Positions 25,090-37,532 of a stretch of DNA of 64,000 nucleotides are shown here, piece by piece (position 1 is the stretch's first letter; the number at the start of each line of letters is the position of its first letter). The notes beneath the pieces are model-generated. The model worked only from the letters and a program-made list of their open reading frames with translations. It ran no database searches and was not told where the DNA came from. The stretch is from Cetorhinus maximus (lineage: Eukaryota). Location: assembly GCF_964194155.1 (NCBI RefSeq), contig NC_135885.1, forward strand, positions 60,884,001 to 60,948,000. Direction: 5' to 3'. Position numbers and translations under genes: made by a program.

Positions 25090-26271
25090 TCAAGATCTAA
25101 AGTTGTTGAATTCAATATTCAGTCCGGAAGGCTGTAAAGTGCCTAGTCGGAAGATGAGGTGCTGTTCCTCCAGTTTGCGTTGGGCTTCACTGGAACAATG
25201 CAGCAAGCCAAGGACAGACGTGTGGGCAAGAGAGCAGGGTGGAGTGTTAAAATGACAAGCGACAGGGATGTTTGGGTCTTTCTTGCGGACAGACCGCAGG
25301 TGTTCTGCAAAGCAGTCGCCCAGTTTACGTTTGGTCTCTCCAATGTAGAGGAGACCGCATTGGGAGCAATGAATGCAGTAGACTAAGTTAGGGGAAATGC
25401 AAGTGAAATGTTGCTTCACTTGAAAGAAGTGTTTGGGCCCTTGGACGGTGAGGAGAGAGAAAGTGAAGGGGCAGGTGTTGCATCTTCTGCGTGGGTATGG
25501 GGAGGTGCCATAGGTAGGGGTTGAGGAGTAGGGGGTGATGGAGGAGTGCACCAGGGTGTCCCGGAGCGAACGATCCCTACGGAATGCCACCAGGGGGGGT
25601 GAAGGGAAGATGTGTTTGGTGGTGGCATCATGCTGGAGTTGGCGGAAATGGCGGAGGATGATCCTTTGAATGCGGAGGCTGGTGGGGTGATAAGTGAGGA
25701 CAAGGGGGACCCTATCATGTTTCTGGGAGGGAGGAGAAGGCGTGAGGGCGGATGCGCGGGAGATGGGCCAGACACGGTTGAGGGCCCTGTCAACGACCGT
25801 GGGTGGAAAACCTCGGTTAAGGAAGAAGAAGGGCATGTCAGATGAACTGTTTTTGAAGGTAGCATCATCAGAACAGATGCGACGGAGGCGAAGGAACTGA
25901 GAGAATGGGATGGACTCCTTACAGGAAGTGGGGTGTGAGGAGCTGTAGTCGACGTAGCTGTGGGAGTCGGTAGGCTTGTAATGGATATTGGTAGACAGTC
26001 TATCACCAGAAATTGAGACAGAGAGGTCAAGGAAGGGAAGGGAAGTGTCAGAGATGGACCATGTGAAAATGATGGAGGGGTGGAGATTGGAATCAAAATT
26101 AATACATTTTTCCAGGTCCCAACGAGAGCATGAAGCAGCACTGAAGTAATCGTCGATGTACCGGAGAAAGAGTTGTGTGAGGGGGCCGGAGTAGGACTGG
26201 AACAAGGAATGTTCCAAGTACCCCATAAAGAGACAGGCATAGCTGGGGCCCATGCGGGTACCCATAGCCAC
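25090..26271 (-). CDS. Penelope RT C-terminal part plus GIY-YIG endonuclease (5'-truncated ORF)
   Basis: AMGTRMGPSYA, RYIDD, LPFLDL, HYKPTDSH, CNTCP, NLVYCIHCSQCGLLYIGETKR, LQPSGLN. Open for 393 codons but lacks the N-terminal RT motifs. Confidence 0.88.
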   Translation of the reverse strand: MAMGTRMGPSYACLFMGYLEHSLFQSYSGPLTQLFLRYIDDYFSAASCSRWDLEKCINFDSNLHPSIIFTWSISDTSLPFLDLSVSISGDRLSTNIHYKPTDSHSYVDYSSSHPTSCKESIPFSQFLRLRRICSDDATFKNSSSDMPFFFLNRGFPPTVVDRALNRVWPISRASALTPSPPSQKHDRVPLVLTYHPTSLRIQRIILRHFRQLQHDATTKHIFPSPPLVAFRRDRSLRDTLVHSSITPYSSTPTYGTSPYPRRRCNTCPFTFSLLTVQGPKHFFQVKQHFTCISPNLVYCIHCSQCGLLYIGETKRKLGDCFAEHLRSVRKKDPNIPVACHFNTPPCSLAHTSVLGLLHCSSEAQRKLEEQHLIFRLGTLQPSGLNIEFNNFRS

Positions 26272-26345
26272 ACCTTTTATTTGGAGGAAGTGAGAGGAGT
26301 TAAAGGAGAAATGGTTCAGTGTGAGAAGTTAATTTATTCAAGTAA

Positions 26346-27350
26346 ATTAATTTTGCTTCAATTTCCACCCCATCATCATTTTCACACGGTCCATCTCTGA
26401 CACTTCCCTTCCCTTCCTTGACCTCTCTGTCTCAATTTCTGGTGATAAACTGTCTACCAATATCCATTACAAGCCTACCGACTCCCACAGCTACCTCGAC
26501 TACAGCTCCTCACACCCCACTTCCTGTAAGGAGTCCATCCCATTCTCTCAGTTCCTTCGCCTCCGTCGCATCTGTTCTGATGATGCTACCTTCAAAAACA
26601 GTTCATCTGACATGCCCTCCTTCTTCCTTAACCGAGGTTTTCCACCCACGGTCGTTGACAGGGCCCTCAACCGTGTCCGGCCCATCTCCCGCGCATCCGC
26701 CCTCACCTCCCTCCCAGAAACATGATAGGGTCCCCCTTGTCCTCACTTATCACCCCACCAGCCTCCGCATTCAAAGGATCATCCTCCGCCATTTCCGCCA
26801 ACTCCAGTATGATGCCACCACCAAACACATCTTCCCTTCACCCCCCCCGGCGGCATTCCGTAGGGATTGTTCCCTCCGGGACACCCTGGTCCACTCCTCC
26901 ATCACCTCCTACTCCTCAACCCCCACCTATGGCACCTCCCCATGCCCACGCAGAAGATGCAACACCTGCCCCTTCCATTCCTCTCTCCTCACCGTCCAAG
27001 GGCCCAAACACTTCTTTCAAGTGAAGCAACATTTCACTTGCATTTCCCCTAACTTAGTCTACTGCATTTGTTGCTCCCAATGCGGTCTCTTCTACATTGG
27101 AGAGACCAAACGTAAACTGGGCGACTGCTTTGCAGAACACCTGCGGTCTGTCCGCAAGAAAGACCCAAACATCCCTGTCGCTTGTCATTTTAACACTCCA
27201 CCCTGCTCTCTTGCCCATATGTCTGTCCTTGGCTTGCTGCATTGTTCCAGTGAAGCCCAACGCAAACTGGAGGAACAGCACCTCATCTTCCGACTAGGCA
27301 CTTTACAGCCTTCCGGACTGAATATTGAATTCAACAACTTTAGATATTGA
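26346..27350 (+). pseudogene. Second, inverted Penelope RT-thumb/GIY-YIG copy (frameshifted)
   Basis: Near-identical to the left copy; a small deletion near 26705 shifts the frame. Confidence 0.9.
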
Positions 27351-27723
27351 ACTCCCTCCTCCATCCCCACCCCCTTTCCGTTTCTTCCCCCCCCCCTTTT
27401 GTTTTTTCCAATAATTTATTTAGATTTTTCTTTTCCCACCTATTTCCATTATTTTTAAATCTATACCTGTAATGCCCTGTCAGTCTTTCCACCCCACCCT
27501 CACTAGAGCTGAACCTTGAGTGCCCTGCCATCCATTCTTAATTAGCACATTCTCTTAGATAATATCACCACCTTCAACACCTCTTTGTTCCTTTGTCTGT
27601 GACATCTTTTGATTATCTGCTCCTATCACTGCTTGCTTGTCCCTACAACCACCCCCCCCCCAACTTCTCTCCCCCTCCCCACCTTAAACCAGCTTATATT
27701 TCACCCCTCTCCTATTTTTACTT

Positions 27724-27762
27724 AGTTCTGTTGAAGGGTCATGACGACTTGAAACGTCAACT
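27724..27762 (+). ncRNA. Minimal type I hammerhead ribozyme motif (CUGUUGA variant)
   Basis: agtt CTGTTGA a gggtc atgac gactt GAAA cGTC aact; stem I agtt/aact, stem II gggtc/gactt. Confidence 0.65.
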
Positions 27763-30700
27763 CTTGTCTTCTCCGCCGTTGCTGCCAGACCTGCTGAGTT
27801 TTTCCAGGTAATTCTGTTTTTGTTTTGGATTTCCAGCATCCGCAGTAGTTTTTTGATTTTACCTCAGTTTAACATCCCATCCAAAGGACAGCACCTCTCA
27901 TAATGCAGCGCTCCTTTAGTACTCCACTGGAGTGTCAGCCTTGATTTTTATTCTCAAGTGCTGGAGGAGGAGTTGAAGCCAGAACCTTGTGACTCAGAGG
28001 CAAGAGTGTTCCCACTGAGCCACAGTTGACACACATTGTATGAGTTGAAGCCTTCTAGTATCCATGAGTGCACATGGGCTTTGTTATAGTCTCCATAGAG
28101 ACTAATAACCTTTAAAAAGAAATTTGACTGAAAGGATCACCACAAGAAGATTTCAGGCTTTAAGACTTTTACTATAACAAACAAATTAAAAGCAACAATG
28201 ACTAAATACTATTTTAGTAGGCAACTTCTAAACTACAGAAAAGATTCCCCATTTAACTTTTACAACGACCGAAAATCCACTACTGTGTCCCTGAAATGGA
28301 CACTTCAATTTCAAGGAACCAGTCCAAAGCTATTCTCAACTTCTTTTCCCTTTTCCAGATGGATAACAGTCTATCTACCATCAGCACAGCTGCTCGGATT
28401 ATTGTTTACAGGTGTGAATATCTTGCACCTTCTTAAAACCTGCACCCCCCCCCAACTTTAACCAAGCCACCTAGGCTTGTTGTGAGCATAATTCAGTGTA
28501 AGTCACATGACGCCCTTCATTTTACCCTAAATTAAAGAGACAGTTCCAAAACACAACAATCTTATTAATTCTTGCACTTGTAACACCTCCCATCTAAAAG
28601 TTGAAAAGTCATCATCAAAACGATGAGTTTTCAAAAAAAAAACACTATCCAAAACGTTTCAATTGATAACATTCTACACATTTTAACAACTAACTTATTA
28701 CACACAGCATACTTATCAATCTCTTCCTTGTCAAATTTCAGTATTAAACTGTCCATCTTGGCAGTATCACAATGTTTAACCTGTATCAACCAAATGCATG
28801 TAAGAGCTCCAGCTCTCTGAATGGGAGCTCATGCCGCTACTGGTAGCTTCACTTTCTGTCTTGTGTCACAGTAAATCTCCTTTCTCATGTTGAATTAAGT
28901 TCCTATGTCATTGGTTGATGGCACAATTGGTTCAGTCTGGGTAACTTTGTAAAGAAACATACTGTTACTTGCTGACAATCCCTGCGATTTTCAAATTCCA
29001 TTAGCTGTAAGCTGTAAATTGAGACAAAATCTGTCACAACTCCTCCTCATGTGGCTTCAGTATGTCCTTTTGTTCTTCCTCAGAATTAGATGTTACATTG
29101 TCAATAGGGTGTTGACTCCTAAACACAGTCAGTGAACCACTTTGTTCAGCTTTTAACTCTGGATCTCCATTCTCTTTCATGATAGTAAATTTTTTATTGC
29201 CCACAGGGTGAAAAAAAAGTCTCAACCAATCAAACAACTGACATGTCCTTTTCCTGTTTAAATGCAGGATTATGGTTCTCCTTCATCGCTTTAGGAATCT
29301 TGTTAGGGTCACGTTGATAATCAGTCAAAAAATTCTGATACTTTCTTTTTTTAGCCAGTTCATGAATTATTTTCAATTCTTTTCCCCAATTAGCACAATC
29401 TTTGCTCAACTCCTCTCTCACAAGAGCAACAGCTTCATCCTTCTGAAGTTTTAAATTAAGTTCCAATTAAAACTTGAATTTGTCCTCGTAGTTCCACAGT
29501 ATCAGCATGATTTACAGCCAAGTCATTGTTCTAAAGCACGGCGTTTCTCCATCAGCCTGGAGTGCAGCTGCTTTGACACCTTGGCTTAGGGTGTGCAGGC
29601 AGGCTTAATTCAGACAGTCTGTTTCCAGTTTATTTAACTCTTTGTTGTCAGACTGAGGTTTCAGTATCTTTTTAATCTCAGAAGTCTGAGCTTTTGAATC
29701 TCCGGAACCCTCTTAAGTCGAACCATTGTTCTTTACAACAGATTCAGAGACATGCATATGTTTTCCCATGTCCATTGATTTTGCTGATATATCTGTATCT
29801 TTAACAACTTCAGTGGATTTTGTGGAAATGTCTGGAGGCAGCACATGGTTTCTAGTTACATTGTTTCCCAAGATAAAGTCAATATAATTAATAGGCAATC
29901 TTGACACCACTCCCACAATAACAGAACCACTGACTAAAGCACAGTTTAAATTCACCCTACACAATGGTACAGATAAACAATTTCCATCGATGTCCTCTAT
30001 CAATCCACTTTTATTTAGTGAACTTTCCAGAGAGAAATTCAGATCTTTTGCTAACATCAGAGATTGCGCTGACCCCTGTATCTCAAAGAATAACAATCTA
30101 TTTGGCACTAAGATAAAAGCAAAATACAGAGCTCTGGAGTCATACAGACTCAAAACATTAAATCTATTTGACACCTTTATCGGACAAAAATTGAGTTCCT
30201 TTATTCTCAAATATAAAACTCCCATTATGTTTTATGTTCCAATGTACACCCACTGTGAATACATTAGATGGTATTGGTTGGTCACAAGCTCCATTCACTG
30301 GTACAGCGTAGTCTGAAAATTCATTAGGCACACCTACAAATGCCACCAGTTTAGCTTTTAATTTCCAGAAATCTGCTTTTACATGCCCCGCCTTATGACA
30401 AAAGTAAACGTTGGTCCCCTTGAATTATACTCATTCCCACACTGACTTTTTTACTACCTCCAGAAGCATCTTTCTTTTCATTTCTCCCATGCCCCTCATG
30501 GTAATTAGTATCCTGTTCATGATCACTTCTCATATCTCTCCAGTTTCTGTGTGGGCTTGCAAACAAAGGTTTGCTGCCACCTATGTGTTTGTGGGATAAT
30601 ATGTAATCATCAGCCATAACAGCAGCTTCTCTTATTTTCAAAACTTTATGGTCTTCCAGACGAAAGCTTATTTCTAAAGGGATACTGTCTTTAATTTTTT

Positions 30701-31505
30701 TACCTCTCTAAATCGAAGGTTTTCAAAATCTTGCTCAAGCTTCACCACTCTATACCATCTATCAAATACTATTTCTTTCTCTCTAGTAAATTCCACAAAA
30801 GTCTGATTCCATCTATTCCTCAGATTTCTAAACTCTTGTTTGTGACGTTCTGGAATTAACTCATATGCATTAAGCACAGCAGTCTTAACCATTTCATAAC
30901 CTCACAGACTGTTCATCCAAAAGGGTCAAATAAACCTCCGGCTCTTTCCCTACCAAAATACTTACTTTTCCTTGCCAAATCAAAAGCAGGAGTTTAAGCT
31001 GACTCATTGTCAAGTCTTCCCTGTTTGCATAATTGAAGCCTGTTCTGTTCAGTTCAAATTTTCTGGCTTCTCTCTCTGTCTTTGAAATCCTGTCTTTTCC
31101 TTTTTCTTCCCTTTGGAATTTCCCTTGGTCTTTTACTCATGCCTCTCTTTCCAGCTCAAGTTTTTTTTTTCCCATTTCTCTTTCTTTCTCTCTTTTCCCC
31201 TTTGTAATTCTAATTTAAGTTGCTTCATTTGCAACTGAATCCTGGCCAACTCAACCTGCATTTTACCTGGATTACTTTTCCCTTCCTAAAGGTTCAAATG
31301 TTGAGCCAATACCTCAACTATCTCTGCTTTCTTAGCACCTACTCTTAAATCTTTTTCCAACTTCTCTGCTATCACCTTCAAATTAACCTTTGTTAACTGC
31401 TGCAAAGCACTGAAAGACAGATCCTGTCTTTCGAGGAATGCTTCAGCAAATCACATAGCCATGACAACTTTTCAATTAATACAGCAAAAGTCACTGTGAA
31501 ATCTT

Positions 31506-31604
31506 AAAAACAGAAAATGCTGAAAATACTCAGCAGGTCTGACAGTAACTGAGGAGATAGAAACAGAGTTAATGTTTCGAGTTGAATATGACTCTTCTTC
31601 AGAA
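31506..31604 (-). repeat. Penelope terminal-repeat fragment with hammerhead motif
   Basis: Minus strand: tt CTGAAGA a gagtc atatt caactc GAAA catt aac. Flanked by aatctt at 31500-31505 and 31603-31608. Confidence 0.8.
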
Positions 31605-32559
31605 TCTTTATTAACTGTTGCAAGGTACTTTCACTGCGAAATCTGGTTTATTTAAACTCTAGCAAATCCCAGTGTACTTGTCCCAGGGTGTGGATTCAAA
31701 ATCCTGGATAAGTCCCCAACTTGTTATGATCCCTGTAGACACCGATTAACTTTTAAAAAGAAATTCAAACTTCCAGTGAATGCTGAAAGGATCACACGGC
31801 AAGATTTCAGATTTTAAAACTTTTACTGTAACAGACAAACTAAAAGCAGAATTGACTAAACACTATTTCAGTAGGCAACCTATACACTAAATTAAGTGTT
31901 TTGTCACTTCTTAACAATTAAGAATACACACACACACACAGCTATCTGCTTCTGAACCCCAACTTCCTGTGTGTGAAAAAAAAACAGGTTTCTCTATTCC
32001 TTATTCTACACCAGAAGGCAATACATTCTGGACTTAGCACATCCTACAGTCAGGTTTTTTATATAACACTTCTTCTTAACTAAAATGTCCTTTTACAAAA
32101 AATCATGAACGTTAAACACAAACATCACATCTCCTCCCCCTTTAGCTAGGAACAAATCAGTCAGGCAGTTTGCAGATTCACTTTGGTCTAGAGAGGAGTG
32201 TTGGCTTAGGTATCTCAGTTTGTTTGCTTAGAAATGGAAGGTTCTGCTGTTCCACTTGTTTCTGTTCAGGTTCAACAGTTGCAGCTACAGGTGCCAAAGG
32301 TTTTTCAGTTGAATCAAGCCGGGTTTCACCAACTGGAGTAGATGTTTCCCAGAAACCTTCCACTGTGACTGGAGATCCCTGGAAATTTGGTTCCTTGAAT
32401 TTGGCTTCTCTAATCTGGTCAGTGTGTCTCTTCCAGATTCCACAGGAAGATTCAACATCATAGACAGTGGTCCTCGACGCATGATGTTTCTTCCCAGGAG
32501 TCACTTGGGTGTTCCACAGTAATTTTGGACCCAAACAGACTGATCCAGATTAAACTCAC

Positions 32560-33420
32560 AAGCTGGTTTACTTGTGTCATGTGATCTTTTCTGATCAAGT
32601 TGCCTTGAACCAATCTTTCCTTTCAAATCTGTACACAGCAAATCCATTCTGGTATGCAGTCATCTTCCAAACATCAGCTCAGCAGGAGATATGCCTGTTG
32701 TTGAATGCGGAGTGTTACGATACAGCATCAAAAAGTTCTTCAGCTTCAACTTCCAATCTGTTTGCGTCCACCCCTTCAATATGGCCATTTTGAATGTTTG
32801 GACAAAACACTCCACTTTACCATTTCAGGATGGGTGGTAAGGCGAGATGAGAATCTGCTTGATCCCCATTGTTTTTCAGGAATGTTCGAAATTCACATGA
32901 TGTGAACTGTGTGCCATTGTCAGACACAATCTGCTTCGTCAATCCAAAAGTAGTGAACACATTCCGGAGAGCATCAATGATCTTTGCTGAAATAGTCGAC
33001 TTCATGGGAATAACATGAGGCCACTTTGTGTGGGCATCCACCACAATCAGGGACGTATGTCCAAGAAGTGGCCCGAATAAGTCCACATGAAGTCTCTGCC
33101 ATCGATGGTCATGCCAAGCCGACAGATGTAATGGGGCAGGTTCAGGAGAAGACTTTGTTTCTTGGCATGGAAGACAATCACCAACCATGCTTTCGATGTC
33201 TTTATCCAGGCGTGGCCACCATACATGTAAGCAAGCCAACGCTTTCATTTTGATGATACCCATGTGACTGAGGTGAAATTCTTCTAACACTCGTGTTTGG
33301 AATTTTGGAGGCACAACAACTTTGATTCCTCATAACAAACAACCATCTTGCAGAGTCAGCTCAAATCTATGCATGTAGTAAGGTTTAAGCTCAGTAGTCA
33401 CTTCTTGAGGTACACACCAA
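32560..33420 (-). pseudogene. Gypsy integrase remnant
   Basis: HHCC zinc motif (HLSHMG ... CLPC), WQRLHVD, VSDNGTQF; frameshifted downstream. Confidence 0.88.
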
Positions 33421-33476
33421 CCCTTCTGTGTGTACAGGTAAACTTTGGAGAGCAAAGCATCCCTCTGCATTTCAAG

Positions 33477-34952
33477 TCAAATCTGATGCGCTTTAACAGG
33501 TAGCATATCTATCTGGTTCACATGGAAAGCAGTGACTTCACTTCGGGTTGTGGAGCTGTGGTGTAACGGAAGTCTGAAAAGTGCGTCTGCATTTCCATGA
33601 TTCTCAGTAGAGCAAAATGTAATTTCGTACTGGTAAGCAGATAAGATCAGTACCCACCTTTGTAGGCGTGCAGCGGCAAGTGTTGGGGTTTGTGACTTTG
33701 GGCTAAGCAACCAGGTTAAAGGCTTGTGGTCTGTAATTAATGTGAATTTACACCCATACAAATATTGGTGGAACTTCTTGACTCCATAGATTAATGCAAG
33801 AGCTTCCTTCTCAATTTGGGCATAATTTTGTTCTGCCTTGGACAATGTGCATGAGGCATATGCAATGGGCCTTTCACTGCCATCAGGAAATGTGTGGCAG
33901 ATGACAGCTCCAACACCATATCCAGATGCATCACAAGCCAGGCTGACAGGTAACTTTTCATTGAAACGTGCCAGGGCTTTAGCAGAAGTGAGCTCTTGCT
34001 TGAGTTCCTTGAAACTTTCCTGACAGGCTTGTGACCAATCGCATTTTGCTTTCTTCTTCAGCAGATTATTCAGTGGTGCTGCCTTGGTAGCCAAACTGGA
34101 AATGAACTTGCCGTAGTAATTCACAAGTCCCAAAAACGAATAAAGCTCCTTAACATTTTTGGGCTGTGGTGCATTCACCAATGTCTCCACCTTTCTGGGT
34201 GAGGTTGAGAGGCCAATTTTGGCGATCACATGCCCCAGGCAATCCACTGAGGGCTTCAGGAATGAGCATTTGGATTTCTTACAGTGGATGCTGTATTTTT
34301 CCAGTCTACGCAGGACCCTGCCTAGGTTCTCTAAATGAGTTGGTAGCTTTTTCCTGGTGATGAGCATGTCGTCTTGGAAGCAGATTACACCAGGGAGGCC
34401 CTGTGGTACTTTGCCCATGGCCTGCTGGAATAAGGCTGGTGATGACGCGATTCCAAATGGTAGTTGTTTATATTGATATAGACCTCCGTGTGTGCGGATG
34501 GTTGTATACTTCCTGGAATCTTCACTTAGCTGCATTTGCAAAAATGCCTGTGATAGGTCAAGCTTTGTGAATAATTCACCTCCATTCAGAGTAGCAAACA
34601 GGTCCTCAATTTTCAGTAGTGGGTACTGATGCACTTCCAGGAAAGGATTAATGGTGATTTTATAGTCGCCAGATATTCTGATAGACTTGTCATCCTTCAC
34701 TACTGGGACTTCTGGAGCTGCCCACTCTACATAATCAACTTTCTCAATTATCTGGAAGTTTTCAAGTCGTTCTAGTTCCTGCTCGATTTTCTGTCGCATT
34801 GAGTAGGGAACTGAACGTGGTTTGAAGAACCTTGGATAAGCTAATGCCTTCACGGCGTGTTTGGCTTCAATGTCTTTAATAACCCCAGGACCACCTTTGA
34901 AGGCATCAGTATGCTTGCCTAAGAAGGACTGCAACATGGGGTTGCAATGCAC
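33477..34952 (-). pseudogene. Gypsy pol RT-RNase H segment
   Basis: KLDLSQAF, LPFGIASSP, FQDD, ACDASGYGVGAV, EKEAL, TDHKPL. Flanked by stops and frameshifts. Confidence 0.92.
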
Positions 34953-37249
34953 TTTATCTATTCTATTCCAGTCCAGCCAAATTTCTTTTAGTCAGTTCCT
35001 GCCCATAAGCGATGAATGATCCCCTTTCACAATGATAAGTGGTAGCCTTGCTATTTGATCTCCGTATTTAGCTTGAACCGACATTTTTCTAAGTATGTCC
35101 ACAGACTCACCAGTGTAGGCACTAAGCTGGAGGAGGGTTTTCTCCAATGGGGCATTTCATGAAAATTTTCTCCTACGTCTTCTCTGAAGCAGTAGAAACA
35201 GATGCTCGAGTGTCAACCTCCATTTTACCATTTAAGGCAATGGCAACTTTTAGCCCTTCACCGAGTTTCAGATCAGACTGAATGCAATACACTTGCTCTT
35301 CTGCATTGTCGCTATTGGTTTCACTTTCTGTCTCATCTGGACTCGCATTATTTTTGTACTTTGTTTCCAAGTAATGTGTCTTTTTAAACTGTCTGTTTAT
35401 TTTCAAGCACAACTTGTCTGTGTACTCCTCGTGATGCCCTTCTCTTGGTTGTGCTGCTTTTCTGTGATCAGCCTTTGATCTACATGCATGCTGTATGTAT
35501 CCTTTCCTTCCACAGTAGCGACAATCAGCGGTTTTCCACTTACAGACTTCTTCATCATGCCCTATTCCATTACAGCACTAACATGCTTGGAAGTGAGTAT
35601 ACCCTGACTTTACTATTTTAACTTTGGCATTGTTAGAATGCACTTTCAAATCTCCAGCTTATTTCTCTGCCATTTCTATGCTTTGCGCAATCTCGAATGC
35701 TTTCTTCAGTGTCAACTCTTGCTCCGCTAACAATCTACACTGAATTCTTTAATTTCTTGGTCCACAAACCAAGCGATCATGTGACGCTTCTTCCAGGTAA
35801 CCTTTAAAGTCACAATGTTCCGCTAGTTTTCTCAACTCAGCCAGGAACTGGGAAACTGACTCACCCTCATGCTGTTCTCGTCGGTGAAACTTGAATCTCT
35901 CGGCAATAATTGCTGGTCTGGGATCGAAGTGCTTTTTCAAAATGTCCACAAGCTCTTTAAAGCTTTTTGCTCCTCACATACCAGCAGATATGACATTTCT
36001 CAGTAGTGAAATTTTTCATTCTGATTACTGTAAGAAACACTGAGGCTGCTTTTCCTCTTCAATCTCATTTACAATGAAAAGCTGTTCCATTTGCTTGACA
36101 TAAACTACAAAATCCATAGTAGCTGGATCAAAAACCTCTAAAGCTCCTAATAATGATGATCCCATCCTCATCACCATTTGAAATGTTTTGTCACTTCTTA
36201 ATAATTAAGAATACACACACACACACACACACAGCATTCTGCTTCTGAACCCCAACTTCCTTTATAAAAAAACAGAAGGTTCCTTTATTCCTTATTCTAC
36301 ACCAGAGGGCAATACATCAGGACTTAGCACACCCTACTGTCAGGTTTTTTATATAACACTTCTTTTTAACTTAAATTTCCTTTTACAAAAATCATAATGT
36401 TAAACACAAACACCACACTAAACTATGGAAAAGATCTCCCATTTAACTTTTACAATGACCGAAAATCCCCCTGCCATGGTTACTTTACTCCATCCCTTAA
36501 GTAGGCACTTCATTCTGCAGGAACCAGTCTAAAGGTATTCTCAGCTCCTTTTTCCTTTTTCAGGCAGATAACAACTTCTTCTCCCCCAACTGACTTTCAC
36601 AGTGAGGGATGAATTGGAGATCTCTCCCTGTTACAAAAGCTAGGCAAATCTTCTAGCTTCATTTAAGCCCTCACGAACTTGGTCTCTTCAATCCAAGTGT
36701 GAGCTCCTACCTGCATCCTGGATGGTAAACAATAGAGACTTGCTGCCTCTATCTCTCTGCTTGCTCGCTCACTCTCTCTCTCTCTCTTTTGGATTCTTGC
36801 AGACTGACCATGTCTGTAACGTTCAGTGATATTTTTATGAAAACATACAACCTTGTCTTACAATGGTTTCCGATGAACTCTTCCCTTCTCAAAGCCCATC
36901 TCCATGGCGATATGAATCACATGTAACCTGTATCCAGGTAGAAATGCTAATTAGCTATTCTCCAGACCCCCAACTTCATTTTATCTTGGAATTAAATAGG
37001 CAGTTTAAAATACAAGTGTTTACAAAACTTGGCGTTCCTGACACATCTGTGGGACTTAGAGCTTAACAGCCTATCCACTGTTAGCCAGCTGCCTGGGTCA
37101 TTGTTTACAAGCATGAATATCTTGCATTTTCTTCTCAATAAAACATCCTGCTTGAGACTCGTTGGCAGAATTCAGAACAGGTCACATGACCCTTCCTCCA
37201 TTTTTACCCTAAATTACAGAGACCGTCCCAAAAAACAATCTTGTAAACC

Positions 37250-37532
37250 TCATAAGTTCAAGGTGAGGGCAGGAGGTTTATGGGGGGTGTGAGGAAAAAC
37301 TTTTTTACCCAGAGGGTGGTGACAGTCTGGAATACACTGCCTGGAGGGTGGTGGAGGCGGGTTGCCTCACATCCTTTAAAAAGTACCTGGATGAGCACTT
37401 GACACGTCATAACATTCAAAGCTATGGGCCAAGTGCTGGTAAATGGGATTAGGTAGATAGGTCAGGTGTTTCTCACATGTCGGTGCAGACTCGATGGGCC
37501 GAAGGGCCTCTTCTGCACTGTGATTCTGTGAT
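37250..37532 (+). mobile_element. CR1 3' fragment inside the Gmr1-like 5' LTR
   Basis: Matches the reverse complement of 10190-10470; (CTGTGATT)n tail; flanking tcata repeat. Confidence 0.9.

Larger units (their letters stand above)
24625..27860. mobile_element. Penelope-like (Poseidon-type) retroelement inserted as a head-to-head inverted pair
   Basis: Left copy on minus (24625-26330), right copy on plus (26346-27860). 14-bp TSD acctcagtttaaca at 24611-24624 and 27861-27874. Confidence 0.95.
24330..28033 (-). mobile_element. DeuSINE-type (SacSINE1-like) SINE split by Penelope
   Basis: tRNA-like head on the minus strand at about 27960-28033 (tggctcagtggg ... gcttcaactcc). Central Deu-like domain (aatagtgccatgggatc ... 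cctcagtttaacatcccatccaaaggacagcacctc) is joined across the Penelope TSD. Confidence 0.75.
31892..36417 (-). mobile_element. Full-length but inactivated Gypsy (Mag-like) LTR retrotransposon
   Basis: LTRs at 31892-32129 and 36179-36417; 5-bp TSD ctaaa. PBS at 36159-36176 complementary to the tRNA-Ser(GCU) 3' end apart from CpG decay; PPT aaagggggaggaga. Gag IIAERFKFHRREQ, protease VDT, RT/RNase H, integrase. Confidence 0.95.

Noticed and set aside
25416-26273. 285-aa overlapping Ser/Pro-rich ORF in Penelope
   Set aside because: Alternative frame kept open by C-rich codon bias of the real ORF; no domain features.
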